Shown piece after piece: positions 50,905 through 62,116 of a stretch of DNA of 64,000 bases. The notes under the pieces are model-generated. The model searched no databases, had not been told where the DNA came from, and saw nothing but the letters and a program-made list of their open reading frames with translations. The translations under genes were made by a program, and so were the position numbers. The DNA lies in contig OY740821.1 of NCBI GenBank assembly GCA_963514005.1, forward strand, positions 12,834,001-12,898,000. The letters are read 5' to 3'. Source of the stretch: Raja brachyura (Eukaryota). Position 1 is the first letter of the stretch; each line of letters opens with the position of its first letter.

Positions 50905-51030
50905 GCACTGAGGGAATGCCGCAGTGTCGGAGAGTCAGTGCTGAGGGAGGACCCCACTATCTGAGGGGCAATGTTGCCCTGTTGTTGGGGAGGTCCGGAG
51001 GGAGTGCCGCATTGTTGGAGGGAGCGTGTT
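50905..51030 (+). repeat. Degenerate ~33-bp minisatellite (G(T/C)ACTGAGGGA.TGCCGCA.TGTCGGAGG-type)
   Basis: Three to four imperfect units: CACTGAGGGAATGCCGCAGTGTCGGAGAGTCA / TGCTGAGGGAGGACCCCACTATCTGAGGGGCA / GGAGGGAGTGCCGCATTGTTGGAGGGA. Confidence 0.5.
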
Positions 51031-51106
51031 GAAGAGGACTTGCAGACTGTGAATAGGTTTGGGGTCTCCTGTGTGAGCCTCTAACCTGCCATCTCAATAA
51101 ACGTAC

Positions 51107-51199
51107 CAAAGTGCGGTTCATTCTGACACCCCTTGATCTTCACTCCCTTTGAGCCTGTTTCGATGAGGAAATGCCGTACGAGAAGTTCATTTGGGTTGC
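51107..51199 (-). CDS. TNS2: Tensin-2 SH2 exon
   Basis: 93 nt. Encodes GNPNELLVRHFLIETGSKGVKIKGCQNEPHF. Confidence 0.93.
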
Positions 51200-51759
51200 C
51201 TGTGGTAACAATGCAGAGAGTCAGCACACAGAGTCAATACAGCTGAGGGAGGCCATTCAGTCCTTCTAACTCACCCTGACCCAAGGAGCTTGAGATTCTC
51301 AAAACCGAAATGTTACACGTTTTACATCCAAACGTGCTACGCGGTTGGCTCAGATGTACTCTCCGTGTTTGCCAAATTATAGATTTTAATCGCAACCTCA
51401 TTGTGCAACTTCATCAATGGAGCTTGTCCACTTGGCATTTCTGTTTCCGAGCCAATCTGACCCAACTTTGGAGTTGGTCTGCGTGCAGGCTCGGTGGGTT
51501 TGGTCGACAAGTCAGATTCCCAACCTGTTACCTGACTGCAACTCCGTCATAAGTGAAAAAACACTCGTTTCAACCGCAGGTGCCAAACCGTACACAAAGA
51601 CAGTAGTAGCAGCTAAGGCGTGCCTCATTTTAGGCTCCTTCCAAGAGAGACTCCAGTTGGAACTCGGGTGAGGTGTTAAACCTTCTGGAGGGACGGGTAA
51701 CGGGAAATCCTGCTTCACCTATTTAAATGTTCAGGTACTCCAGTGGCTCGTCATGGCAC

Positions 51760-52310
51760 CGCCAACAGTTAGATCCAGCGGGGAGCATAGCTCTGTGGGC
51801 ATTAGAGCTGATCAGAGGTTGAATATCCTGTGGCAAGCGACCCACCTCCCGACCCACCAAAGTCTCTCCATCATCTATAAAGCTCAAGTCTGCTTGCCTG
51901 GATGATACAGCTCCAACTCTCAAGAAGCTAGACGCCGTCCAGGACAAAGCAGCCCGTTTGCTTGACACCACATCCACCACCCTAAACATTCAGTCCTTCC
52001 ATGGTGTGCACATCTCCAAAATGCACTACAGTTATTCACTGAAGCTGCTCAGAGAGCTTCTTCCAAACCCCGCCACTGAGAAGGGTAAGGGCAGTGGGTG
52101 TAGGGGAACATACACCATCCTGACTTGGAAATAGATCACTGGTAGTTTATCACTGGGCCTAAACCCTGGCATCTCTCACCTCAACAGTTCTGTGAGAGCA
52201 CTTTCACCAGAAGGACTGCAGCGGATCAGGTCAAGAGGTCAGCTCACCACCGTTTTCTCAAGGCAATTGGGGTTGAACAATAAATGTTGAAACGTCAGCC
52301 CCCACATCGA
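51760..52310 (+). mobile_element. Old L2/CR1-superfamily LINE 3' relic
   Basis: AGCTCCAAC.CTCAAGAAGCTAGACGCCGTCCAGGACAAAGCAGCCCG...AAAATGCACT...CAATTGGGGTTGAACAATAAATG, paralleled at 11490-11790. Confidence 0.65.
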
Positions 52311-52336
52311 GACCCGGGTAGCTTTGTGCAACCTAC

Positions 52337-52468
52337 CTTTACTGCTGTGGGAGCTGAAGTTAGCTGGAGGCGTCACCACTTTGAGGGCAAGGCCATAGGC
52401 CCCCTGGAATGAATTGCTGTCCCGAATCAGGAATGAGCCAGGCTCCCGGTCTTTCAGAAGGGCAATGG
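52337..52468 (-). CDS. TNS2: Tensin-2 SH2 exon (FLIRDS motif)
   Basis: 132 nt. Encodes AIALLKDREPGSFLIRDSNSFQGAYGLALKVVTPPANFSSHSSK. Confidence 0.95.
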
Positions 52469-53404
52469 CTGCAATAGGAATACATTGTTAGCATTCTTTT
52501 CAAATAAAGTGAGTTGATTTTTTTCATGACTCGCATCAGCTGTGGTCAGCCGACAGTGAGCTATCTGTCCAGACCAGTCACAAAGCTGCATGCCATCCTG
52601 GATCAAGGGTTAGAATGGACTGCTCGTGACCCTAAGATAGACACAAAAAGCTGGAGTAACTCAGTGGGACAGGCAGCATCTCTGGGGAGACGGAATGAGT
52701 GACGTTTCGGGTCGAGACCCTTCTTCAGACTCCCTTTCCAGTTACAATGAATTTATTGAGACAAGAACCAGGCGTCTAAGTGGTTTGCTCACTCCCATTT
52801 GACTTGGCTCTTTGCTAAGTTCTGATAAACATGAGTGGGGTGGGGGTGGTGGTGAAGAAAGGCTGTGCTGAAGAAAGATGCCAGAGATGATCAAAGTGCC
52901 TATCGGTGAAGTTAATGCAGATCCTGAACCGCCCAACTTTTTCCCTATGCTCCATACTTTGCAATCTATCTGCAGGCTGGTTTAGAATAGGTTAAATCAA
53001 AATTAGAGTTTAAGTTGTTATCTGTGGAGCTGTGTCCAGAATGGTTTGTTCCATTCTCCATGACGACAGAAGCTATGAAGTCCGTTCCCACCAGGCTATT
53101 TTTGAAAGAAAAGACCTCGATGTCAGAACAACAGGAAGTTGCTGCCGACCTCGGCCTGGAACGTAATGAAGGAACGACTCCAAGTTGCTGAGCTGGGTTG
53201 TTTTGCTATTCATGGGACACGGCAAGGTACCAAAATGATCACTCAAATGAGGTGGTCCCCCACGCGGGGCATCCGTACCCGCTAGAGGCATGCAGTGCAC
53301 GGTGCAGGCTGTGGCACCACGCTGACAATGAGCATTTGATTTTGACGTGATTTCTATGCAAGGTTTCCATTCGGGTCCGTGCAGTGTCAAAATAATCTAC
53401 TCCA

Positions 53405-53660
53405 GTGAAGCAGCCAGAGACGTAGGTTCGCTCCTGACCTCGGGCGCTGTCTGTGTGTGTGGAGTTTGCACGTTCTCCCCGTGACCGCGTGGATTTCTTC
53501 TGGGTGCCCCAGTTTCCTCCCACACTCCAAAGACATGCGGGTTTGTATGTTAATTGGCTTCTGTAAATGATTCCCAGTGTGTAGGATAGTGCCAGTGTAC
53601 GGGGTGATTGCTGGCTGGTGTGGACTCAGAGGGCCTGTTTGCATGCTGTATCACGACACA
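53405..53660 (+). mobile_element. HE1-like V-SINE (other partial copies ~2060-2190, ~36085-36190, ~48715-48840, ~49860-50055)
   Basis: GGTTCGCTCCTGACCTCGGGCGCTGTCTGTGTGTGGAGTTTGCACGTTCTCCCCGTGACCGCGTGG. Confidence 0.78.
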
Positions 53661-54081
53661 AAACTAAACTGTGTGTAGGGAGTGAGGGGGGGGGGGGGGG
53701 GGGGAGGTGATATGGGGAGAATACATGGTAAATGGATGTTTCGTAATCAGCAGACTCAATGGGCCAAATGGCTTAGTCAAAGTGTCAAACAACACAGAAA
53801 CAGGCCCTTCAGCCCAATTTGTCCACGCCTCATCTAAGCTAGTCCCATTTGCCTGCATTTGACCCATATCTCTCTAAACCTTTCCCATCTAAATGTCTTT
53901 TAAATGTTATCATTGTACCTGCCTCAACTACCTCCCCTGGCAGTTTGTACTACATACCCACCGCCCTCTGTGCGAAAGGAGTTGCCCCTCCTATTAAAAC
54001 CTCCTCTTCTCAATTTAATCAGGTTCTTGATTCACACTGCCAAATATAACATAGAACACGGCATCTGCCATCAAAGGTCAC

Positions 54082-54168
54082 CTTGGTCCCTGGAGATGTT
54101 CGGCTTGTACCAAAACTTCGATGTGTCCTGGACAAACCTGGCACTGATCTGGCTTTCCTGATGTCCGT
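54082..54168 (-). CDS. TNS2: Tensin-2 exon (SH2 start)
   Basis: 87 nt. Encodes DGHQESQISARFVQDTSKFWYKPNISRDQ. Confidence 0.93.
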
Positions 54169-54599
54169 CTGCAGGAAACAAAAAAGGGAAACGTTCAACA
54201 TGTTGAAACAGAATGGTTTTGACTGCACAGAGACGAGGGACAAAAGGACAAGCTGAAGAAACGTTTCAACCCAGCGTGTTGAGGGGGAACCGGACTCTCA
54301 CTCCTAACCTCTGCTTCCCAACCTGCCTGAGGTTGCAGGCCTGATGGTGGCCAAATCCTTCACCTCTGTTCTATGTTTCTATAATTGGAATCATCTTCAG
54401 GAAATCATAACATCAGTGCCAGAGTTGATAAGCAAAGGACTCGCCAATATAAGAAATGTAAGAAATACTGTAAAACCTTGCAGGAAAGCCATGCACATGC
54501 AAGCCTCCATTTTACCGGCATTAAGCTCGACAGGTTACTTTTGAAAATCACAAGGGGGTAATGGGATTGGTCTCCTGGGTGGAAGGAACAACAAGCATC

Positions 54600-54882
54600 T
54601 AAGGTCATAAGTGATAAAGCAGAATGAGGCCATTTGGCCTATCTACTACTACGCCGTTCAATCATGGCTGATCTATCCCTCCCTCTCAACACCATTCTCC
54701 TGCCTTCTCCCCATAACCCTCGAAACCCGTACTAATGAAAAATCGATCTATCTCTGCCTTAAAAACATCCATTGACTTAGCCTCCACAGCCTTCTGTGGC
54801 AAAGAATTCCACAGATTCACCACCCTCTGCCTAAAGAAATTCCTCCTCATCTCCTTCCTAAAGGAATGTCCTTTCATTCTGA
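54600..54882 (-). mobile_element. CR1-like LINE 3' fragment
   Basis: ORF KGHSFRKEMRRNFFRQRVVNLWNSLPQKAVEAKS. Confidence 0.85.
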
Positions 54883-55328
54883 CCTCTGTCCACCTGGCAG
54901 TTCAGGGGTCTGGCAGCTCTCAAGAAGGTCCCAGACTCTGGCATGTCTAAACCAAGGGGTCACAGTCTCAATATAAAGGGCCAGCTGGAGATGAGGAGAA
55001 ATCTCTTCACCCAGAGGGTGGTGAATCTATGGAATTGTTTCCCCAAAATGGCTGTGGCGGCTCAGATTTTAATATATTGAGAACATAAATCAATAGATTT
55101 TTAGATCTTCTGATATTCAAGAGATGTGGATAATTCCATCTCCATCAACATCAACATGGCGTCAGTCTAAGATCTGAGATTAAGGGACTTGGTCACACAG
55201 CAATGAAACAGCCCCTTTGGCCCAACTCGCCCATGCCGATCAAGATGCCCCAGCAACTTGTCCGATTTGACCGCAATTGCTCCATATCCCTCTAAACAAG
55301 CAGGAACCTGAGGGTGGCTGCTGCTTAC

Positions 55329-56107
55329 CTGTAAATGAGTGCATTGGGAAGGCCAACGTGGTCGGGGAGAAGGTCACGTGCTGTGCGGTGCTCTCGCTGG
55401 GAGATTGCGCGCCTCTGTGCGTGGGTGAGAAGGACCTTCCATTGCCCGGTCCGTGGCTGGCAGACATGCGCCGTTTTTCTGGTAGAGGCGGCTGCTGTGG
55501 GCACATCGAGCCGCCGGCCTGGTAGGTGAAGACTTGGGAAGGAGAGGTGGGTGCACTGTAGGGGGACGCGACGGGGAAGGCAGGGGTTGGCGGTGCCTGG
55601 GGCTCCGGAGATCCTTGGCAGGGCTGCGGGGCAACCGTGTCTGGGCTGACCGGGTGGTGTTGCATGCTGGCAAAGCACGGGTCGCCAGTGGTGCCATGTG
55701 GTGGGTGCCTGACGATGGCCGAGCTGGGTGGCGTAATCGAGGCGCAGTGATCTGCGGCAGTCTCTGCCACGCTTCCCTTGGCAGCTGGGCTACGAGGTGG
55801 CGGCGTCCTGCTAGAACCATCTTTGCTTTGGTTTGGACTCAGCTGGGCGTCGATGGCGATTGGCTGGCGGGCGGTTCCCGGGTCACCAGGTGCCATGTGG
55901 GTCTCAATGCCATTTACCTGATGGGCACCAGACTGCTGTTCGGCTGGGCTGCCGGGGCTCCTGTTCCTTTGGCAGCCGTTTCCTGGCTCAGGAGAGACAC
56001 CGACCAAGCACAGGCTCGCTTCTGGCCTGGGCGGGGTTGGCTGCTTTTGCCCCGTAGCAGGAGGAGACTGGACAGGAGTCCTTGGGCTGCCCTCCGCTGT
56101 TGCCGTG
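55329..56107 (-). CDS. TNS2: Tensin-2 large Pro/Ser-rich exon
   Basis: 779 nt inside ORF 55240-56166. Contains SPEPQAPPTPAFPVA, QPPLPEKR and HVTFSP, matching TNS2 SPEPPQSSPTPAFPLA...QPPLPEKR...HVTFAP. CAACAG acceptor, GTAAGC donor. Confidence 0.88.
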
Positions 56108-56371
56108 CTGTTGGCAGGAACAAACACATTTGTAAAAACGTTATGCCATTTACATTTACCCAACATAAAGAATCAGGATACTAAGGCCCAGATATTTCCA
56201 GTCCATTGCGGGTGCAGTGGCAGTGTGTTGGACTCAATTCCACAATCCGTTGACTCCAAGTTTGGAAGGAAGTATCGTGTACAGTCATAAGCATACAAGC
56301 GTATAAGCATTGGTCAACTTCCAACCCAGTTGTTACAAAGATGCCTTTTGAGGTGGAGCTTAGCGAGCTTA

Positions 56372-56790
56372 GAAACATAGAAAATAGGTGCAGGAGTAGG
56401 CCATTCGGCCCTTTTCAGCCAGCACTGCCATTCATTATGATCATGGCTGATCACCTAACATCAGTACCCCACGCCTGCTTTCACCCCATATCCCTTGATT
56501 CTGTTCGCCCTAAGAGCTGCATCTAACTCTCTTGAAAACATCCAGTGAATTGGCCTCCACTGCCTTCTGTGGCAGAGAATTCCACAGATTCACAACTCTC
56601 CGGGTGAAAAGGTTTTTCCTCATCTCAGTCCTAAATGGCCGACCCCTTATTCTTAAACTGTGACATCTGGTTCTGGACTCCCCCAACATCGGGAACATTT
56701 TTCCTGCATCTAGCCTGTCCAATCCCTTACGAATTTTAAATGTGTCTATTAGATCCCCCCTCATCCTTCTAAATTCCAGTGCATACAAGC
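56372..56790 (-). mobile_element. CR1-like LINE 3' fragment
   Basis: ORF LEFRRMRGDLIDTFKI...RVVNLWNSLPQKAVEA, with a (TTTCTA)-type tail. Confidence 0.88.
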
Positions 56791-59700
56791 CCCGTCAACC
56801 CATTGCCTGAGGTTCAGAGGATCCAAGGACAATGATGTGAACAATACGTTTGATTCTCTGGGAAGCTCAGTCTGAGATGGGATTCAAAGTCTGGGATTAA
56901 AGGGGTAACCCACATATCAACCACTGTGATGTTGTCATGGTATGCTTCTGGAAAAGGCAGTTTATTGTCATCAGATTTTACATTTATAGAGACAATATAA
57001 ATTGACTGGAGACAAACAGACTTTTAATGATACATCGGATGTCCACAGTGGCAGCGAGGTGAGGTCCATGGTAGGCTGACATCAACCATTCCTGGCGCAC
57101 TGAAGCTTGGTGCAGCCAGCGTAAAGAGTCCGCAGGGAAACAGCGCAGTCTAGGGTCCGACAACCATTGGGGACTGAGGGGCAGGGCCCTGTGTAACAGT
57201 CTCCTCAATGCTTCATGGATGTATTGTTTAAACAGGAAACATGAGTGAGATTGATACAATGTATTGGACTGACACTACAATGATTACACACTACACATGG
57301 CGTATATTTTTGAAATTACTAAAGAAGGCTGCCAGTTCTGCAGAAAACTGTGGGGAAAACTACGGACACACCAGACTCTAAGATTGGGAGGCAAACATTT
57401 CAGGAGAGATTCAGTTGAATTAGTTCACCTGTGGACCATCGGTACCATGGAAAGTGAAATGGGCAGTGGGGTGAGTGAAGAGTGCACACACAAACACAAG
57501 TGACTCCTTGTGTCTGTGCAATGAGCAGCATTGTCAGTGGAGGGACACAACAAGTGGCAATGGGGGGGGGGGGGGGGGGGAGAAGTGGGAGGTGAAGGAA
57601 GAAAGGGACAGGGAGAGGTTTGTGAACAGTGAATCCATGCAAGCACTGAAGAATGGCTGGAACTCCCCACACCACCCTGGGAACTAAGCGAGAAGTAAAT
57701 TACTCAAGAGAATGTCTGCTGGAACATACTTCTTTTGAGTTAGGGTTAAGGATTGTGAATTCTTGATCTCAAATCCCTCCAGGGTCTTGCCAATCCTGCA
57801 ATTTCCTTTTAGCTTTATAACCCTCTGCGATTTATGCATTCTTTCAATTCCAACATCTTCAATCTTAATTGCTCCATTGTTGGGGGCTGAGCATTCAGCT
57901 GTCTGGGCCGTGAGATGTGAAATCTCACCTTTTTTTTTTCTCTGACTCTCTCCCTTTGTCCAAGATTTTGGCCATTGGGCCTCATATCTCCCGATGTGAC
58001 TCGGTGTCAAATTTTGGTTCTGTAAGTGCTCCAGAGAAGTAACTAGGGACATTTTACTCTGCTCGTGGTGCTGGATAAATGCAGTCATTAAGGAGACAAC
58101 TTCAGCCAACAGTCTGAAGAAGGGTCCCGACCCGAAACGTCACCTACCCATGTTATCCAGAGATTCTGCCTGACTCGCTGAGTTACTCCAGCACCTTGTG
58201 TACTGTTTGGTAAAACAGCATTGGCAGTTCCTATGTTCTGCCAGCTGTTCATTGTCCTTGATACTTTGGATTCAACCTGCACCGAGGAGTTATTTGCTGC
58301 AGTGTTTGTCAGATCAGTGTTCCTTGTGTGTCCGCCCAATACTGTGTCTCAATAGGAAGCTTGTCTGAGTTGGAGACTCGAGAGAGTCCAACATAACTTG
58401 AAGATGATTAAATGTTCTGGATTGGGATTGGGGGGGGGGGGGGGAACGTGCAGTCATGTAAAATGAGAAGAATTCTCAGAGCCCCGCGCTATCATTCATT
58501 TAATTAGGCAGTTGAAGTATTTAGGACAGTGGGGCTGATATACGACCAAGAGACAAACAGCCCTATAAATGGTTGGAGTCAGTGTCTCCAATGACTGCAT
58601 GAGTGCCAAACCTGTGTTGTAACAGTTATCCTATGAGAGCACTCCCATCAGCCACATGTGTGATCCATCCTCGGCTGAACAGAAGCAGCTGTGGGATAAG
58701 AGGGAGCCAACATTTTCGATCAAATTAATGGTGCCAAATCTTGTGACTTGAGCCACATCATCGTCCCTCTGTGAGCCCTTCATAAAGAACGCTGGGCGTT
58801 GCCGCCTTGAGAACTTGAATGTCATTGTCCGTCTGGAAACTCCATGTCCTCAACTTCAAAGGTGCCCGCGCAATAGGCAAAGAATGGGCAAAGAGTGCAA
58901 TGAACCAGTTCTGGGTTACCCCCCCCCCCATCACATGCAGTAGCCAAGGACTGCCAAAGAAGGGTCTCAACCCAAAACGTCACCCATTCCTTCTCTCCAG
59001 AGATACTGCCTGTCCCGCTGAGTTACTCCAGCATTTTGTGTCCATCTAAGGAGTGCCAAAGATTGTCCATCCCAGCGTCTTAAGATCACCCACTGTTTCC
59101 CGAAACTAGCTGCTATGAATTCCAGCAGCCATTTCGTCCACAGCTAGCTCCCACCAGCAGGAACTCAATCAATGACCAGAACTTTTGTGTGACGTTGTTT
59201 GAGGGATAGCTGTTGGCCCAGGAGACTGCGGAACGCTCACCAATTCTCTTTCAAAATAGCATCCACCTGAGAGAGTATACAGGGCCTCCAACAGTGAAGG
59301 ACACCCTCCGTACTCCACTGGAGTGTCAGTCTACATTTAGGTTCTTGAATGTCTAAAGTGGGATTTGAACTCACAGTGTTCAGACCAAGAGCCCAGCGTT
59401 CCAGCGGAATGCAGTGGGATCATAGAAGTGATCGATCATAGAGATCTATGGTACAGGAGGAGGCTATTCGGCCTATTATTTCTATGCCAGCCAACACAAG
59501 AACTAATGAGATTTTTTCAACTTTCTATCGTTCTGTAAGATATGGTAGTTCTGACAGAACTATAACTACACAACCATCTTCTGACTCACCTTATCTATCC
59601 GTCCTGCCACCTACAGGACCCTGTGGATGCACACCCCACTGTCCTTTTGTTCCTCTACATTTCTCATGTTTCCCAGAGACACAATGATCTGCCTGTTATT

Positions 59701-60874
59701 CCCAGAACTACCACACCCCACCTTGAGCAGGATATGTATTTATTATAACTGGGAAGGAAAATCAGTGGCAGATGTTTTATCTCCTTGTGTTTAGGTTATC
59801 TAATACTTTCCACCTGGACAATTGAAATGTCTCCCAGGCATTGCTTTACAAACCACCTCCAAAACTCTTTCTTAACTTTCTGGGAAGTCTAAATGATCCA
59901 GAGGTATTGTCTGATGTAATTTGGTATTTTTGAGGCATTTTGCCCATTTAGTTACTTCTCTATTTCAAACAAGAAAGCAATGTATATAGTGTAGGCAGGA
60001 ACTGCAGATGCGGGTTTACACCGAACTTAGACACAAAACGCTGGAGTAACTCAGCGGGACAGACGGCATCTCTGGAGAGAAGGAACGGGTGACGTTTCAG
60101 GCCAAGACCCTTATTCGGACAGTTTGAAGAAGGGTGTCGACCCGAAATGTCAACCAATGTATATACATATTGTTGCATAAACAGAATGGCTTGTTTGGGA
60201 GGCGTTCATCACAAACACATTCTAGCCAACATTAAATCTGTGGAGCACAACTACTTTCTGCGGGGTGGACCACAGATTAACCATCCAGATCACTTCAGAT
60301 GGCTGTACATACGAGACGTTCTTGCCACTGCCACCCTGATGTTGAACTCCTCCATAGAATTAAACTACGGGGGTGCCAACAGCTGAAGTTTCCTGACCAA
60401 AATACTGGGAAATCTGCCCAGGTTTGTCCAAATGCAGGCTCAGCAGTCTATTCATTTCAACAAAGAGGGACAAATGCAAGGAAGAGAGTTAAGTTTCAGG
60501 CAATTTACAAGTGTTTCATATTAGGTGAGTTAATTGAAATCCATTTAACTGTTTGCAAGTTGATTTCCAATTTTTTTAATGTGCTTTTGATTCTTTTTAA
60601 AATGTGATAAGTTCTTTAATAGATGAAAAATGTAATAGCAAAACATAAAGTGCTGGAGTATCTCAGCGGGTCAGGCCGCATCTGTGGAACGAATGGGCAG
60701 ACGACAGTTCGGGTCGAGACCATCTTCGGACTCATCAGACTGAAACATGTAACAGTTTGATCATTCATTTTTTAAGTTATTGAACATTTTTCAAAGTTTC
60801 TAATTGCCAGAGACATTTGCAGCCATTAAAATACTTTCAATAGTTCTGACATTCAGTAAGTGCATGTGGTATAA

Positions 60875-61635
60875 CCTATGATGAGCGTTTGACGGCACTG
60901 AGCCTGTACTCGCACGAGTTTAGAAGAATGAGTGGGGGCCTCATTGAAACGTACAGAATAGTGAATGGCTTGGATAGAGTGGATGTGGAGAGGATGTTTC
61001 CACTGGTGGAAGAGTCTAGGACTAGAGGTCATAGCCTCAGAATTTAAGGACGTTCCTTTAGGAAGGAGACAAGGAGGAATTTCTTTAGTCAGAGGGCGGC
61101 GAATCTGTAGAATTCTTTGCCACAGACGGCTGTGGAGGCCAGGTCAGTGGATATTTTTAAGGCAGAGATAGATAGATTCTTGATCAGTACGGGTGTCAGG
61201 GGTTATGGGAAGAAGGCAGGAGAATGGGGTTAAGGGCCTGTCCCACTGTACGAGGTAATTCAAGAGTTCTCCCCGAGTTTCCCCTGATTCGAACTCAGAG
61301 AATTACGGTAATAGCCGCTCGTAGGTACTCGGGGCTCTCGTGGACATTTTTCAACATGTTGAAAAAACTTCACGAGCTTACCGCGTTTCCCCAGTACCTG
61401 CCGTTGGCGTTACGAGCCGCTAAGAGACGTCCTGAGCTCCGACGTACCCGCTACGTACATTCTACGTACTTACCACGATTTTGATTTTTTTTTAAAGTCT
61501 GGAGAGCTCTTGGGTAAACTCGTATAGTGGGACAGGCCCTTTAGGAGGGAGATATAGATCAGGCATGATTGAATGGCGGAGTAGACTTGATGGGCCAAAT
61601 GGCCTAATACTGCTCCTATCACTTAATGACCTTAT
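60875..61635 (+). mobile_element. CR1/HER1-like LINE 3' fragment (interrupted by MITE)
   Basis: CR1 ORF2 C-terminal motifs (LDRVDVERMFPLV, SRTRGHSL, FFSQR, NSLPQ) plus the 3' UTR tail. Confidence 0.85.
61233..61540. mobile_element. PIF/Harbinger-type MITE (308 bp) inserted into a CR1 LINE
   Basis: TIRs AGGGCCTGTCCCACT(G/A)TACGAG..., flanked by TTA at 61230-61232 and 61541-61543. Removing it restores the CR1 tail GAATGGGGTTAGGAGGGAGA seen uninterrupted at ~37455-37475. Confidence 0.88.
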
Positions 61636-61877
61636 GCGGCTTAAATTCATATCAAAATATTTTGGGGGGGGTGTCGGAGGGGGTGTCCTGTCATTTACAG
61701 AAGTAAGATCTTACACTGTATTGGGCTTCTTTGATCAGGACTCCCACTTGGGAACTTGCTTTAGATGAGCACAGGCAGGAGAATGGCGAGCATGGGAAGG
61801 TCACTGCTCACTGAAAAAAAGTGCTCTCCTTTCTTCTTGCTGCAGGTTTCTACATATGTTGCCACAGAGGAATGTAC

Positions 61878-62070
61878 CTTTCAGTATCCGGTCCAGAGCT
61901 GCCTGTGGATCCAGGAGTCGATGCTTCAGTCATGTTGGACGGAGAGCTGCACAACACCATCCCTTCACAGTGGTGTCGCCTTGCAATCTCAGGGTTTCTA
62001 TGTTCTCCAGGGACACCTTGTACCAACGTTTGTTTTCCCCGGGCTATTTGATCAGTGTTGATTTGGACTT
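61878..62070 (-). CDS. TNS2: Tensin-2 exon (upstream part of gene lies beyond window end)
   Basis: 193 nt, TTCTTCCTTTAG acceptor, AG|GTACAT donor, phase 1 to 2 fitting the next exon. Ends ...VLCSSPSNMTEASTPGSTGSSGPDTE(S), resembling TNS2 APCSASSELSGPSTP...GKES. Confidence 0.7.
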
Positions 62071-62116
62071 CTAAAGGAAGAATGAGGGGAACATATGCTT
62101 AATGGCTTCCCTTTAT

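Noticed and set aside
55277-56184. Several long alternative-frame and antisense ORFs (e.g. 216 aa, +) over the large TNS2 exon
   Set aside because: Shadows of a GC-rich coding exon.
57429-57513. Candidate extra TNS2 exon (CACAG acceptor, CAG|GTGAAC donor)
   Set aside because: 85 nt is not a multiple of 3 between phase-2 neighbours; no tensin similarity.
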